NCBI GenBank assembly: GCA_035691865.1
Contig: DASSIM010000025.1
Location: 661 to 64,660 of the forward strand
Direction: 5' to 3'
From: Candidatus Nitrosopolaris sp.
GTDB taxonomy: Archaea; Thermoproteota; Nitrososphaeria; Nitrososphaerales; Nitrososphaeraceae
Length of the DNA: 64,000 bases
In this document: one piece after another, positions 38,992-50,792 of the stretch
How positions within the stretch are numbered: position 1 is the stretch's first letter
How the letters are laid out: the number at the start of each line of letters is the position of its first letter
Made by a program: the position numbers and the translations under genes
Notes under the pieces: generated by a model
What the model saw: only the letters and a program-made list of their open reading frames with translations
Told to the model about the DNA's origin: nothing
Database searches by the model: none

Positions 38992-41301
38992 ATGTCTTCA
39001 GATAAAAATGATAATACTGATGGCAAAAGCACAACTCGCAAAACAGCGTCTTTGAAAGTAGCAGAAGTTGCTGAACAACGTGACGTAGGAAGAAAAATTG
39101 CACGCATAGATCCAGCTATAGCTGGACTTCTGAATGTGTCTACTGGTGATGCTTTAGAACTGTCTTCGGGTCGAAAGAAAGGTACTGTTTTAAGCTGGCC
39201 TGCAAGGGAAAGTGACAGAGGCAAAGGATTCATACGCATTGACGGATTTACCAGAAACAAACTTGATGTTGGGATTAATGATTCCATAGAAATTAGAAAA
39301 GTTGAATCAAAAGAAGCCAAGAGTATAACGCTCGCTCCCACTGAACCTCTTCGAATAGTAGGTGCAGAAGAGTATCTTGTCGATTATCTAAACGGAGCCT
39401 TAATGACCAAAGGTGATACTATACCTATCAATGTAATGGGTCAGAGAATTGATCTTGTAGTAATAGCAACCAATCCATCCGGGCCAGTTATAATTAATGA
39501 TTCCACAAAAATTACAGTTTCTGAAGAAAGTGCCAAGGCTGCTCAGATATCGCAAGAAGGTGCAGTTCCTTCAATTACATACGAGGATATCGGTGGTGTC
39601 AGAAACGAAGTTGCTCGAGTTAGAGAAATGATCGAGCTTCCATTAAGACATCCAGAACTATTCAAAAGATTAGGGGTAGAAGCCCCTAAAGGAGTTCTTC
39701 TTCATGGCCCTCCAGGAACCGGCAAGACTCTGCTTGCAAAGGCAGTAGCTAATGAAACTAATGCTAACTTCTATACTATAGGCGGTCCTGAAATAATGAG
39801 CAAATATTATGGAGAATCTGAAGAAAAGCTACGTAATATCTTTGAACAGGCAGAGAAGAATGCACCTTCAATTATTTTTATTGACGAAATTGATTCTATT
39901 GCACCAAAAAGAGAAGAAAGTGGAGAACTTGAGAGGAGAATAGTATCTCAGCTGTTAGCAGCGATGGACGGCATGTCTACAAGGGGAAAAGTGGTAGTGA
40001 TAGGAGCCACAAACAGGATCAATGCTATTGATCCTGCATTAAGGCGTCCAGGTAGATTTGATAGAGAAATTGAGATAGGTGTACCAGATAGGAATGGGCG
40101 ACTAGAGATTTTACAGATACATACTAGAGGAATGCCTGTCGCCAAAGATGTTAATTTGGAAAAACTAGCAGATATCTCTCATGGTTTTGTTGGTGCTGAT
40201 TTACAAGCTTTATCGAAAGAAGCTGCAATGCGAGCATTAAGAAAAGTACTACCTGAAATTGATTTATCATCCGAAAGTATTCCTGGAGACACATTAAAGA
40301 AGATCATAGTTACAATGCAAGATTTTACCGATGTGATTAAAGAAATGGAGCCATCTGCTATGCGAGAAGTATTCGTTGAAGTTCCTGATGTGAAATGGGA
40401 GGATATTGGTGGATTATCATCTATAAAGCAAGAGTTACAGGAAGCAGTAGAATGGCCTCTCAAATACCAAGGAATATTTACACATGCCGATGCTACTCCC
40501 CCTAAAGGCTTATTGCTTTACGGTCCACCAGGAACAGGAAAGACATTGATGGCCAAAGCAGCAGCAAATGAAAGTGAAGCGAACTTCATAAGCATAAAGG
40601 GTCCAGAGCTTCTTTCAAAGTGGGTTGGTGAATCAGAAAAAGGAGTGAGAGAGATATTTAGAAAAGCAAGACAGGCGGCTCCATGCATCATATTCTTTGA
40701 TGAAATAGATTCCATAGCTCCTGTAAGAGGAGGAGATTTTGGTGATTCACATGTTACTGAAAGGGTAATAAGCCAACTATTAACTGAGTTAGATGGGCTT
40801 GAAATATTAACCAACGTGATAGTTATAGCCGCCACTAACAGGCCTGATATTATAGATCCCGCATTGCTAAGGCCTGGTAGATTTGACAGATTGCTATATG
40901 TAGCACCGCCGGATCGTGACTCTAGAATTCAGATAATAAAAATCCATACAAAGAAAAAACCATTAGACGAGGATGTTAAGATTGAAGAATTAGCAGGCCA
41001 GACAAATGGTTACACAGGCGCCGATATTGCATCACTCTCATCAGCTGCAGTTATGCTTGCGTTGCGAGAACACATATCAAAGTATCCAGATCCAAAGGAA
41101 GCAGATAAGCATGTACAAGAATTAAGAATCCATTTGCGCCACTTTGAAGAGGCAATGAAAAAGATTAGACCGTTATCGACTCAAGAGCTAAACATGTACA
41201 AGAGAATATCAGAACAATTTGGAAGACCGGATCTCGCAGGCAGATGGCGAGATGAAAAGGATACAAGTGATACGGCCCTTCCTTCCTCTGCGATAACTTA
41301 A
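38992..41301 (+). CDS. cdc48: CDC48/VCP-family AAA+ ATPase
   Basis: N-domain plus two AAA modules (GPPGTGKT twice, IIFIDEID / [12 protein letters not shown]..IDPALxRPGRFDR). Confidence 0.97.
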   Translation: MSSDKNDNTDGKSTTRKTASLKVAEVAEQRDVGRKIARIDPAIAGLLNVSTGDALELSSGRKKGTVLSWPARESDRGKGFIRIDGFTRNKLDVGINDSIEIRKVESKEAKSITLAPTEPLRIVGAEEYLVDYLNGALMTKGDTIPINVMGQRIDLVVIATNPSGPVIINDSTKITVSEESAKAAQISQEGAVPSITYEDIGGVRNEVARVREMIELPLRHPELFKRLGVEAPKGVLLHGPPGTGKTLLAKAVANETNANFYTIGGPEIMSKYYGESEEKLRNIFEQAEKNAPSIIFIDEIDSIAPKREESGELERRIVSQLLAAMDGMSTRGKVVVIGATNRINAIDPALRRPGRFDREIEIGVPDRNGRLEILQIHTRGMPVAKDVNLEKLADISHGFVGADLQALSKEAAMRALRKVLPEIDLSSESIPGDTLKKIIVTMQDFTDVIKEMEPSAMREVFVEVPDVKWEDIGGLSSIKQELQEAVEWPLKYQGIFTHADATPPKGLLLYGPPGTGKTLMAKAAANESEANFISIKGPELLSKWVGESEKGVREIFRKARQAAPCIIFFDEIDSIAPVRGGDFGDSHVTERVISQLLTELDGLEILTNVIVIAATNRPDIIDPALLRPGRFDRLLYVAPPDRDSRIQIIKIHTKKKPLDEDVKIEELAGQTNGYTGADIASLSSAAVMLALREHISKYPDPKEADKHVQELRIHLRHFEEAMKKIRPLSTQELNMYKRISEQFGRPDLAGRWRDEKDTSDTALPSSAIT

Positions 41302-41521
41302 GTTTACTGCTCTTTCCTGGCGATCTCATCTCGTGTCATGAAATATGTCTTGACAGTAGCAAGTACTAAGTAACGTTCAAATTAACAGTCGACAGCGAAG
41401 CCCACTATAACAAGGGCAAGAATGATAAAACATTATTTTTTGGAAATGATTGTGTTCTTGGCTAGCTCTCCCGGTTTTCAACACCTAGGCAACAGAAGTC
41501 TGTATCAAGATGATAATAAAA

Positions 41522-41959
41522 TTAATTTTGAGGTGGCTGATAGTGGATTCTTTCTGGTGTTATTTTTATTATAATTCTCTTTTCGTTTGGTGATCGTAAA
41601 GGATATTTTTCAACACCAAGATATTTCTTTGCAAGTTTGTCTATATGCTCGTCAGCACCCTCATTAGTTTGTTCGACAACTCTACCTCTAATTGTAACCA
41701 TGTGATAAGGATTATTTTGATCAGCGACGGAAATAGCAATCCTATCATCTCGAGATACATTTTTTTGCTTTAACCTTCCTTCGGCAGTATTTACTAGAAT
41801 CTTGCCGTCTTCAATATCTACCCATGTCGGCGTAATTTGTGGCCACCCATCTTTCATAAGAGTGGCTACAAAAGCAAGATTTTTTCCCTCAAGAAGTTTG
41901 GCAACAGGCTCGGTTATTTGGTTTGTATGCAATGGTACCAATATAAGATGCTCGAGCAT
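41522..41959 (-). CDS. PPOX-class F420-dependent oxidoreductase
   Basis: AFVATLMKDGWPQITPTWVD...VNTAEGRLKQKNVSRDDRIAISV...LAKKYLG...YP...EKR. Confidence 0.9.
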   Translation of the reverse strand: MLEHLILVPLHTNQITEPVAKLLEGKNLAFVATLMKDGWPQITPTWVDIEDGKILVNTAEGRLKQKNVSRDDRIAISVADQNNPYHMVTIRGRVVEQTNEGADEHIDKLAKKYLGVEKYPLRSPNEKRIIIKITPERIHYQPPQN

Positions 41960-42344
41960 CTATATTACTGTAGATGATCGATCAAGCTGATATAGACGAC
42001 TATTTCTGTAACGTATGTCAATGCCTTTTCTGGAGTAAATTGTCAGATTTTTTGGCCATCTAGATAAAATCATGGAAAAAGTGTTAGAACCCCCTGCAGG
42101 CCATTAATCCCAACATCTACCAGAAGAATTTGCACTTCAGGAGTAACATCTGCCAAGAGCCATTATTCTGAGAGATCTATTCATCCCCTATTTCTGAAAG
42201 AATGCAAGTAACGTGAAAGCAAGAAAAATAGAATCTCTTCTCGCTACCCTATCTATTCTGCAATTCCATGCTATCGTGATACTCCTTTTGCTAATAAAAA
42301 GTATTTCTTGCAACACTAAGATATCCTGAACATCCTTTTACGAA

Positions 42345-42500
42345 GCAGCTAAAATAATTTGTTTCCTGACAGTTGGGCAGTGAAATGTTGTTGCTGTGCG
42401 AAAGCCGTATTAGACGCTGCTACAGTAAAGCCACTAGCTGACATTGCTAGAAGCAATATTGCTATCACAAAAGGAAAGGTTCCAGATGTTCTCTCAAAAA
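42345..42500 (-). pseudogene. Signal peptide plus start of a CHRD-like secreted protein, truncated
   Basis: ...LLLAMSASGFTVAASNTAFAQQQHFTAQLSGNKLF* (F.A.LSG onset). Confidence 0.4.
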
Positions 42501-43040
42501 TCAACTATTAGAAACCGTCACAGTTGTTACCCGAGCTGCTCTATACTCAAATTGATAATGTTCATCGTTCGAGATTGGTAACGATTCGATTTTAATATCA
42601 TTGCATGTTGGACACGCCCTGTAAGGTGAGTCCTCCTGATTCATCTTCTGAGGTGTCTCCCGTGTCTTTCCTTTGCAATATCCCTTTGTTAGACGATACA
42701 TCAAAGATAGACTTCTTATTGTGTCTAGATGTTAAGAATGAGGGTGATATAATTGACTTCATGCAAGCTATACAAATTATACGTCTTTTATACATCCTAG
42801 TTTTGGGTACCAAATGAATCTTATTTTTGATGCTTAACGTAGCTTAGCACAATTAACAACTAACTTAGAATATGCCAATTCAACATACAATATACAACAT
42901 CCAACTTTCAGGTAATTTGAAAGAGTATGCCCCCGCTGGACACGCATAATTTCAAGTTTATATCATGAAACCTGCATATAAAATTCTAAAATTGCATGAA
43001 TAGGATGAATAATATTCATGTAAAATAATCTCCAGAAACA

Positions 43041-44144
43041 ATGGATAAAAAAGTAGTAAAAAAACTCGCAATATGTGCCCTTGTAATTATATTTGTTGCA
43101 GTTATGGTGCACACGCCGGTTACAGGATTTGTACATGCTCAAAGCGCGACGAAAATTTTGAGAATAGGATATTTTCCTAACATAAACCATGCTCAAGCGG
43201 TGATCGGGTTTGGGAGTGGAGAATTCCAGAAGGAGCTTGGAAGTGATATACAAGTTCAGCCATACATATTCAACGCAGGTTCATCAGCTATTCAAGCTCT
43301 ACTAGCAAATAGAATAGACGTCACGTACGTTGGCCCTGGCCCAGCAGTAAATGGCTATGTAGCATCTCAAGGAGCAGATCTCAGAATAATATCAGGTGCG
43401 GCTAGTGGTGGTGCTGTTTTTGTAGTCAGAAATGATTCCGGAATTAAATCTCCTAAGGATTTTGCAAATAAAGTGTTTGCTTCACCTCAACTTGGAAACA
43501 CACAGGATATATCTCTTCGAAAATATTTGCAGGATAATGGATACAAAACGAAAGACAATGGAGGAAATGTGACTGTGACACCCGTTGATAATCCAGTTAT
43601 TCTTACATTATTCTTGAAGAAACAAATAGATGGCGCATGGGTACCGGAACCATGGGGTGCAAGATTAGTTAATGAAGCTGGAGGAAGAATATTGGTGGAT
43701 GAAACAACCTTGTGGCCTCCAGATGGTAAGTTTGTAACGGCTAACATAGTGGCCAGGACAAACTATTTGCAACAAAATCCTGATGTAGTCAAGAAATTAC
43801 TCGCCACAAATGTTAACGAAACACTATGGATAAATAATCACACAAGTGAAGCAATAAAGTCATTCAATACTGAATTTCAAAAACTAACAGGTAAAACCAT
43901 AAAAGAAAATGAGTTGAAGCAAGCTTGGTCAAGAATACAACTCACATATGATCCACTAAAGTTATCACTCTTCCAGGGAGCCAATAATGCGTACAATATT
44001 GGATTTTTGGCAAAGGGAAAGCCAAGACCAGACCTATCAGGGATATACGATCTAACCATTCTGAATCAAGTATTGAAAGAGAAGGGGTTACAACCTATAG
44101 GAGCAACAGGAGGGGCAGGAGGATTAGCAGAAGCAATTCCTTAA
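43041..44144 (+). CDS. ABC transporter substrate-binding protein (aliphatic sulfonate SsuA/NlpA-like)
   Basis: LRIGYFPNINHAQAVIG, FNAGSSAIQALLANRID..YVGPGPA.NGY, PQLGNTQD, DGAWVPEPW. Confidence 0.9.
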   Translation: MDKKVVKKLAICALVIIFVAVMVHTPVTGFVHAQSATKILRIGYFPNINHAQAVIGFGSGEFQKELGSDIQVQPYIFNAGSSAIQALLANRIDVTYVGPGPAVNGYVASQGADLRIISGAASGGAVFVVRNDSGIKSPKDFANKVFASPQLGNTQDISLRKYLQDNGYKTKDNGGNVTVTPVDNPVILTLFLKKQIDGAWVPEPWGARLVNEAGGRILVDETTLWPPDGKFVTANIVARTNYLQQNPDVVKKLLATNVNETLWINNHTSEAIKSFNTEFQKLTGKTIKENELKQAWSRIQLTYDPLKLSLFQGANNAYNIGFLAKGKPRPDLSGIYDLTILNQVLKEKGLQPIGATGGAGGLAEAIP

Positions 44145-44515
44145 CTTCTCGACTTTTCTTTCATATCTCTTTAATTCTTTCATACTACATTCTTGCATCT
44201 TCTAGGCCATTCTCCATAAAGTTCGAGATGGTAACAGACCTGGATATGAAACTAAATACAGTGGAGAATATTTTTGTAAGGTAAACCAACTAACGAGATA
44301 CGGTTGTTGATGCGAAAGGATGAGAAATAAGTAACTGCGAATTATGTCAGTTAGAAAATAGAATTAGCTAATGAGTTAATGAAACGAAACTTTTCCTAGT
44401 TCACATCACTTCTAATAATCCATTAACCTCATAAATAACTAATAGACTCTAATAGGCATGTTTTGCGCATATTATCCGAAAAATGCACATTTGATAGCAT
44501 TGATATATCTAAAAT

Positions 44516-44797
44516 GTGTGCTCTGCCTACAAGTCTACAACATCTGGTCAAAGAACAAGAACATCAACAAGCTTAATCGTTGGACAGAGGTTTAGAAAAG
44601 GAGTACAGATACAATTCTGTATGACCTATGGCGTATTTGAAGAAATAGAAAGACTAATCGAAGATCTTCCTATTGATTGCGATAAGCTTCAGATCGATTG
44701 CAAGTTTGTAAAAGGGATTTTAATATATTCAAAATTCTATTTGTTAGATTTTTTGGCAAGAGTTTTGGTACCCGCAGAATTCTCGCAAAATAGATAG
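44516..44797 (+). CDS. Hypothetical protein
   Basis: 93-aa ORF converging on the kinase; weak support. Confidence 0.3.
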   Translation: MCSAYKSTTSGQRTRTSTSLIVGQRFRKGVQIQFCMTYGVFEEIERLIEDLPIDCDKLQIDCKFVKGILIYSKFYLLDFLARVLVPAEFSQNR

Positions 44798-44798
44798 G

Positions 44799-45629
44799 TC
44801 AAGAATAATTATCAGGTAGGGTTTCAAATTCATAGATTAAATCCCAGACTGACTGTTGTCTATTTTCAGGCTTGAGGTCAATCATTTTCGAGATACACAG
44901 GTCTAACTTTCTAGAAATTGTGGAATGATATTTTGACGGAGGATCAACGAAGGGTCTCTTCATTTGATCGTCAAAAGAAGGCGGCCTTTTACGTGTCATC
45001 AATTCATAAAATATAATCCCCAAAGAAAAAATATCAGCACGCCCATCAATCAAGTCGTCAAGGGCAAACCATTGTTCCGGTGAGCAATATCCAGGTGTTC
45101 CACCTATTTGTCCACCTGACACAGCAGTCAATGCAAGTGACTCCCGACTGATATCTTTCCCAAGTCCCCAATCTGCAATTTTTAACTCAGATCTATCTGG
45201 ACTTGTATACATAATATTCTCCGGCTTTAGGTCTCGATGAAAAATATTGACACTATGAGCTTGAGCCAGAGCATTACAAACGGGCAGCATGATTCTGTTG
45301 ATCGTCCATCTTCTCTCGAAAACATATCTTTCTTCAGTTCTAAACCTTTCATCCATATGCTGTCTAAGAGACCCGCCGCTTAGGTATTCCATTATGTAAT
45401 AGGGACTAAAATTAGGAGGTTCCCCTCCTATATTCCACTGGAATATCTTGACAACATTTGGATGATTTAATTGAGAAAGTATTTTGATCTCACTTTCAAA
45501 ACGCTCCTTACTCGTTGAATTGAGGTTCATGAGCTCCTTTAGTGCATACTTTTTGTTATCATCTCCCTCGATTTCATAGACCGTTCCAAATGCTCCTGAA
45601 TTAAGTGGTTTGGTAATATTGTATTTCAA
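44799..45629 (-). CDS. Hanks-type Ser/Thr protein kinase (catalytic domain only)
   Basis: GAFGTVY, YALKE, FESE, HRDLKPEN, ADWGLGK, GTPGYCSPE, DIFSLG. Confidence 0.93.
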   Translation of the reverse strand: MKYNITKPLNSGAFGTVYEIEGDDNKKYALKELMNLNSTSKERFESEIKILSQLNHPNVVKIFQWNIGGEPPNFSPYYIMEYLSGGSLRQHMDERFRTEERYVFERRWTINRIMLPVCNALAQAHSVNIFHRDLKPENIMYTSPDRSELKIADWGLGKDISRESLALTAVSGGQIGGTPGYCSPEQWFALDDLIDGRADIFSLGIIFYELMTRKRPPSFDDQMKRPFVDPPSKYHSTISRKLDLCISKMIDLKPENRQQSVWDLIYEFETLPDNYS

Positions 45630-46056
45630 TTGTAGATATGGATATTGTAGTATGGGTGTAATTTCTTATAAATTCATGCTATCATTAGGATTGCGCAAAG
45701 TCGATTTCTGATAGTTAACGTAGATCTAATTTGATAATGGTTCAAGTTATTAATTCCCGTATTGTTAGCACATTCAAAGGCAAGAAATCTGCATTTTAAA
45801 TAATATTATGGCGGGTGGAGTTTTAACAACGTCGTATGAACTCGCAACTGATCGATCTGGCACGACAGTATTACCAAGTATCTCCTTTTTGCTCAACTAA
45901 ACAATGATAATACAACCAATCGTTCTTTCGTTCGACCTTGAATGCCCACTCAACGGCTCCTCTCATGTGCAACACCATGAATAGAAGGCCGCTCATTTAT
46001 GGCCGATAATTTCGCTTTCTTTATTTCCTTCTTTGCAATCAATTTAGCCCTACATT

Positions 46057-46221
46057 TCAAGTTTTCCTAGTCCTTAACCTATAACTGCAGCAAGGACACC
46101 ATAATCCGTCCCAATTCAAGAAAATCTCGCACATCTGACAACGCTTCTGTCCTGTAGAATAACGACCAGTTGCAACCGGCTTGATTGCCTTATGACGTAC
46201 GCATATTCCTTTGTAGACCAT
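46057..46221 (-). CDS. Small Cys-rich thaumarchaeal Zn-binding protein (not in ORF track; C-terminal frameshift likely)
   Basis: MVYKGICVRHKAIKPVATGRYSTGQKRCQMCEIFLNWDGLWCPCCSYRLRTRKT; the next frame continues LKCRAKL. Confidence 0.8.
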   Translation of the reverse strand: MVYKGICVRHKAIKPVATGRYSTGQKRCQMCEIFLNWDGLWCPCCSYRLRTRKT

Positions 46222-46465
46222 TTTATTATTTCTTTCTCCTTTTATATTTCTGCCGATTAATCATCACATGACAACAGCAGATAGCAGACATAATGTCGTA
46301 AGATTATCCATCTATGTCGCTACTGTTGAACAATTAGCTGGTTATACAAATTAAGTATATCCAGTTTAGCCTTATTAGGTTTTATCTTGTCACAAGGTCA
46401 GGATTGATAACGACCAACACAATTTCTGTGAGCTCAAACATTATTTAGAAGGTACGAGGATTTTG

Positions 46466-46882
46466 CTAGCTCTCAAGTTCTGCCTTGACGTGCCTTACCA
46501 AATCCTCTATCTGGATAGGTTTAATGTAACAGTCTAAATCCATTGTGGGGAAAATTTCTCTTAATGATTCATAGTAAACTTCGTTTGCTGTAATAAAACA
46601 TGCTTTAACTTCATCGTCTATCTTCTTGATTTTCTCATATAGCTCAAAGCCGTTGATCTGTGGCATCTTGACATCTAGTAGTAAGAGATCGTATTTGCCA
46701 GGTTTGAAGCTAGCTAATGCTAAAACGGGGTCCATGAAAGCATCTACTACAAATCCATGTGCTTCTAAACCTTTCACAAAGGCGACAAGAACATCCGGCT
46801 CATCATCTACAAGAAGTATTCTATAGTTACCGGACAAGATCGTTTGCTCAGACTTGCTGGTGCGTTCCAGATTGGGTAGCAA
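46466..46882 (-). CDS. Single-domain response regulator (REC)
   Basis: ILLVDDEPD, YDLLLLDVKMPQINGFEL, FITA, YIKPI. Confidence 0.93.
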   Translation of the reverse strand: MLPNLERTSKSEQTILSGNYRILLVDDEPDVLVAFVKGLEAHGFVVDAFMDPVLALASFKPGKYDLLLLDVKMPQINGFELYEKIKKIDDEVKACFITANEVYYESLREIFPTMDLDCYIKPIQIEDLVRHVKAELES

Positions 46883-47017
46883 ATAGATACACCAGCTTCT
46901 AAACGTGGATGTGCTATATTATTTTGCTGATCGACATAGGAAGGTTGGCTTTGCCCCAATGTCCGTGCCAATACCCATGACAAGAACCTTGATTGCTTTC
47001 TGGTTGAGAAATGCAGC

Positions 47018-47224
47018 TTGACTAACACTCATGCCGGCACTACCTCATACATTGATAGAGAGACGAGGATGAATGCAACCATTGAAAAGACCACAATCCA
47101 ACGAAACTTTTGCAAGGCGTGTTCTCTGAAGCGATGTATCCAGATCAAGGGAGACTCCGACCTACATTGTGTACTTCGATATATATTTTTGAAAACCAAA
47201 ATACTAATAGGCATGGATTCGTAG
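47018..47224 (+). CDS. Small Cys-containing hypothetical protein
   Basis: CKACSLKRC...HC motif; start uncertain. Confidence 0.3.
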   Translation: MTNTHAGTTSYIDRETRMNATIEKTTIQRNFCKACSLKRCIQIKGDSDLHCVLRYIFLKTKILIGMDS

Positions 47225-48226
47225 TCGGAGATTTTACAATCAAATTCACAGGACGCGAGGTCAGATAAGTCACATCTTGGCATGAGGGCGAATGGAATAA
47301 ATGAATACGGAAAGAGATTCCTTTCTTTTCATACTGTCCGCTTGCCATGTAGTCTCGTTATATTCTGCCATTCGAAATGTTTGTCTAGCTGATTAAAGTG
47401 GCTATTGTACACCTCTGACACTGAATATCTGTGGCTGATGTGGTTGCCACCTGACTAGAAACCGTTCTACTACCTGCCAGTCGCCTCAGTATCGACGTGC
47501 AATTACCAGTCGTCCTGGCGACTAGGTCTATTGCTATAACTCACACTATTGTCTTGTGATGTAACTATTAGCTCTCAATTTCTCATCCACGCTAAAACTG
47601 CGATCTGACCCCTTAATTTTGCATTGAGTGAATTGTGTGAAATGCAAATTCAAAGTGATACTAAAGACACGCTATGGGTGCAATATTTTATATGGGTGAT
47701 TATCAGCAGTATATTTGCTGTACCAAAAGTACATGTTAGGCGGAAACAATCAGAACCTAAACCGCGTTAGCTCAAGGAGTTTCGCAGGGCTTCCTTATCG
47801 TTAGCAGCAGGGCACGGGTTCTGGCTAGAATAGGAAATAGCCTAAAACCTGCAGAGGGTAATTCCGACCCACTTTATATTTTGCAACCATAGGCCAACTG
47901 TTGCGGTTCATCAGCCAACAAAAGAGGGCATATAAAACAGTCAATCATTCGGTGAGTGGCTTTACGATCATGAGGGTAACAATACTTACCAGTCTCTAAT
48001 TTTTCTTTGCGTTCATTGAACACATTGAACAAATACCATACTCAACTCATACAACTCCGTACATTACAAGACTTAGTCAGCCAAAAGTCCCCCAGAAGTG
48101 CTTCAAATATAGTCGCACAATGGGAATGGCGAACTGGAGCAGGTAATTAAATTCACCACCTAAATCAACAGACTTTTCGCTTTGTTCCTATTCTAACGTG
48201 TCCGGGGCGTATTTCATTAGTCGTTA

Positions 48227-49087
48227 TTACTTTAGGTCGACAGCGCCAGTACAAGTACGACAGTTTATTCGAATTGAACGTGCAACAAGGAATGGAGTAA
48301 TTATCAGAACCGGGATGCTCAAAGCAATGAACAGAGTTTGAAATGATGCTAACACCGATATGCTTTCTCCTACAGCTCCAAATCCTAAAAGTGCTGAAAA
48401 GAAACTGCCGGCACACGTCGGGCAGCCTACAAATAATCCACTCGCCGCTCCTACGCTTCCGATAAGAGATAGTTTCTTGGTGCTCTGGATCGTTCTTGAT
48501 AAATTAAATGCATAGAGCCCCAGAGAAGTATTAAATCCTACCAATGCGGATACGATGACTGCTAAAATAATATTTAGGGGTATTAGCAAGATTAAAAAAT
48601 GATCTGTGAGATAGGCAGAGAGCATCGGCATGTAACCTGGAATATTGCAACAAGGAATTATGTTGATGGACGGGATTACGATTCCCTGCTGGCTAAATGA
48701 TATGTCGTTTCTGTAAATAAATATTTGTGATAAAAATCCAAAAAATATGCCATATGCTATTGCAGCAATTATCACAACTTTCCAATATCTATTATCCGAA
48801 AACGCATTGGTGATATAATACAGAAGACTATCAGAGTTCTTCGGTCCTTGTTGTTTGGCTTTAAATATTTTGCTTACTCCATAAGTAATGGATGCCATGG
48901 AAGCAAATGTTATTGCGAGCACACCGCTTGCGAGTGTCTTTAGCTCTGGTGTTACCATAACTAGATGTTCACCTGGGGTAGTTAATCTGGAGTAGATTAT
49001 GAAAGATAGGATCACAGAAATTATTCCTACAACTGCAATTCTTAAGCCACTTTTACGCAACTCTATCGAATTTTCTATGTTAGTCAT
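48227..49087 (-). CDS. Membrane protein with CC and CxxC motifs
   Basis: Multiple TM helices; IIPCCN, VGCPTCAG. Confidence 0.82.
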   Translation of the reverse strand: MTNIENSIELRKSGLRIAVVGIISVILSFIIYSRLTTPGEHLVMVTPELKTLASGVLAITFASMASITYGVSKIFKAKQQGPKNSDSLLYYITNAFSDNRYWKVVIIAAIAYGIFFGFLSQIFIYRNDISFSQQGIVIPSINIIPCCNIPGYMPMLSAYLTDHFLILLIPLNIILAVIVSALVGFNTSLGLYAFNLSRTIQSTKKLSLIGSVGAASGLFVGCPTCAGSFFSALLGFGAVGESISVLASFQTLFIALSIPVLIITPFLVARSIRINCRTCTGAVDLK

Positions 49088-49750
49088 GTCTTCACTCCAC
49101 TAGCATACTCAGCAGAACACAATCCAATTTACAGAAATTAAAAACTGGGACTTATATTTACACATGCTTATTTTGTTAATGGATGACAAAAAGTTTGCAC
49201 TAAACCCAGCCAACCAGAATTTGCCTGTTATTTTTATTTGCTATGCGTATATATACTAAGCTTGGACAAATTCCTAGCCTCGACTTTTGAGAAAATTGTT
49301 GATTAACTGCTTTTTGAGCCTAGCTAATCCTGCCATACATATTTCTTTGATTCCTTATAATTAACGTTGATATGGCAATCGTATCAATCTGAAGCTAAGA
49401 CGAGATCTCATATTTGTAAGATTTCATTATATTAGCTAAGCATAAGCATTTCAACAGTATGAAAAAATAGATCGCAGTTACCCAGAATAAAAAGAGGGTT
49501 TTTGTTAATGATTCTTTATATGTACGTCTGCGCTATTGCTGGCTTAATTGGACTGTATGTTACCACTTGCACTTGAGCTGCCAGAAGACCCAGTAATAGA
49601 TAATAGACAATTCTAGTAAAATTTATGATAAAAAGTTGTTTAATTTATTATTGACTAATGACCACTTTACCTTTTACACTTTAGTTCTCTGCAAGACTAA
49701 CTACAGCTGCAGCACAGAACTCGATATAGTTTGTCTTTGCACACGTTACC

Positions 49751-50027
49751 GTACCCTCCGGGGGAGGGTACAACATTAATTTTCGTACTTTCTGGCAATA
49801 AGTTTTAAAAAGAAATGCTTTGTATGAGCATACGGAAAACTATTCCCGGTGTTATCGAACATTGTTCTACGGAGGACGGTTTACCCTGGTCGATTGACTA
49901 GGGTAGGCAAAAAAGACAGTACTTTCGTTTCAGTACTCGATCATTAGGGGAGAAACTAACAATCTTTGTCAATCTGTACGACAATACAGAATTGCATGCG
50001 GTATGCCTCCCGGGAGGCATACCGCAT
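49751..50027. repeat. Cluster of three GC-rich palindromes/hairpins
   Basis: GTACCCTCC-GGG-GGAGGGTAC (49751-49771); TACCCTGGTC-GATT-GACTAGGGTA (49882-49905); perfect 32-bp palindrome ATGCGGTATGCCTCCCGGGAGGCATACCGCAT (49996-50027). Confidence 0.9.
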
Positions 50028-50354
50028 ACCGTCAGAATGTCAAATTCCTTGTCCAGGAAAACTACAGAGGAGGATAAACTTACCTATATGCTCCAGGTGA
50101 AGTTGGAGACTTCATTAAGATCGACTGGGCTTAATCCATACAAAATTCGTACCTGACGGATTTGATAATCAACAATATCGCTAGTGATTTTACGTACGAA
50201 ATTGCATAAAAAAAGGCAGTCAGGGTAACCAGAGCAGTAATTCTAATCCTAATTTTTTTCTGACGTAATTCTGGATCTTCATTTCATAGGATACGAGTTC
50301 CAATTTTCTAGGTACACATATTCTCGGTGCAGGAATCGATGCTTCCAGTCCAAC

Positions 50355-50792
50355 CTATAGCTTATTTTTTAATGCGTCTTTTATCATCAATTTCTGAATA
50401 GGCACTGTATGGTTAGGGATATGATTCGGATCTGCTAGGATTACACGAGAGCTTTGAAAATCCAATTTTATTTTTCCAGATTTGTGTTTTGTGGCGAACA
50501 GATGTGTAATATAATGTCGAAATTTAGTAAATGTTTCATAATTACCGATAAAGGTAGGCTTTACTATTTCTATTCCTAACTCCTCCTTGGAGGATCTTTT
50601 TACTGTATCAACCATTTTTTCATTTTTTAGTATGACGCTTCCCGGTAAGTTCCAATAACCACGGTAAGGTGGAATAGTTCGTTTCGTGAGGATAATCTTT
50701 TGATCCTTTAAAATAACAATATCTACAGAAGGGAACGGCATATATTTTTCTATTTCTTTGAATATTTCATTAGGAATCTTGACCACGCTCAA
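50355..50792 (-). CDS. NUDIX hydrolase (GDP-mannose mannosyl hydrolase-like)
   Basis: MPFPSVDIVI...KRTIPPYRGYWNLPGSVILKNE...KRSSKEELGI...HYIT; modified Nudix box. Confidence 0.82.
   Translation of the reverse strand: MSVVKIPNEIFKEIEKYMPFPSVDIVILKDQKIILTKRTIPPYRGYWNLPGSVILKNEKMVDTVKRSSKEELGIEIVKPTFIGNYETFTKFRHYITHLFATKHKSGKIKLDFQSSRVILADPNHIPNHTVPIQKLMIKDALKNKL

Noticed and set aside
47762-47825. tRNA-like look on the plus strand (GCGTTAGCTCAAGG...GGGTTC)
   Set aside because: No cloverleaf: acceptor and anticodon stems do not pair and the T-loop consensus is incomplete.
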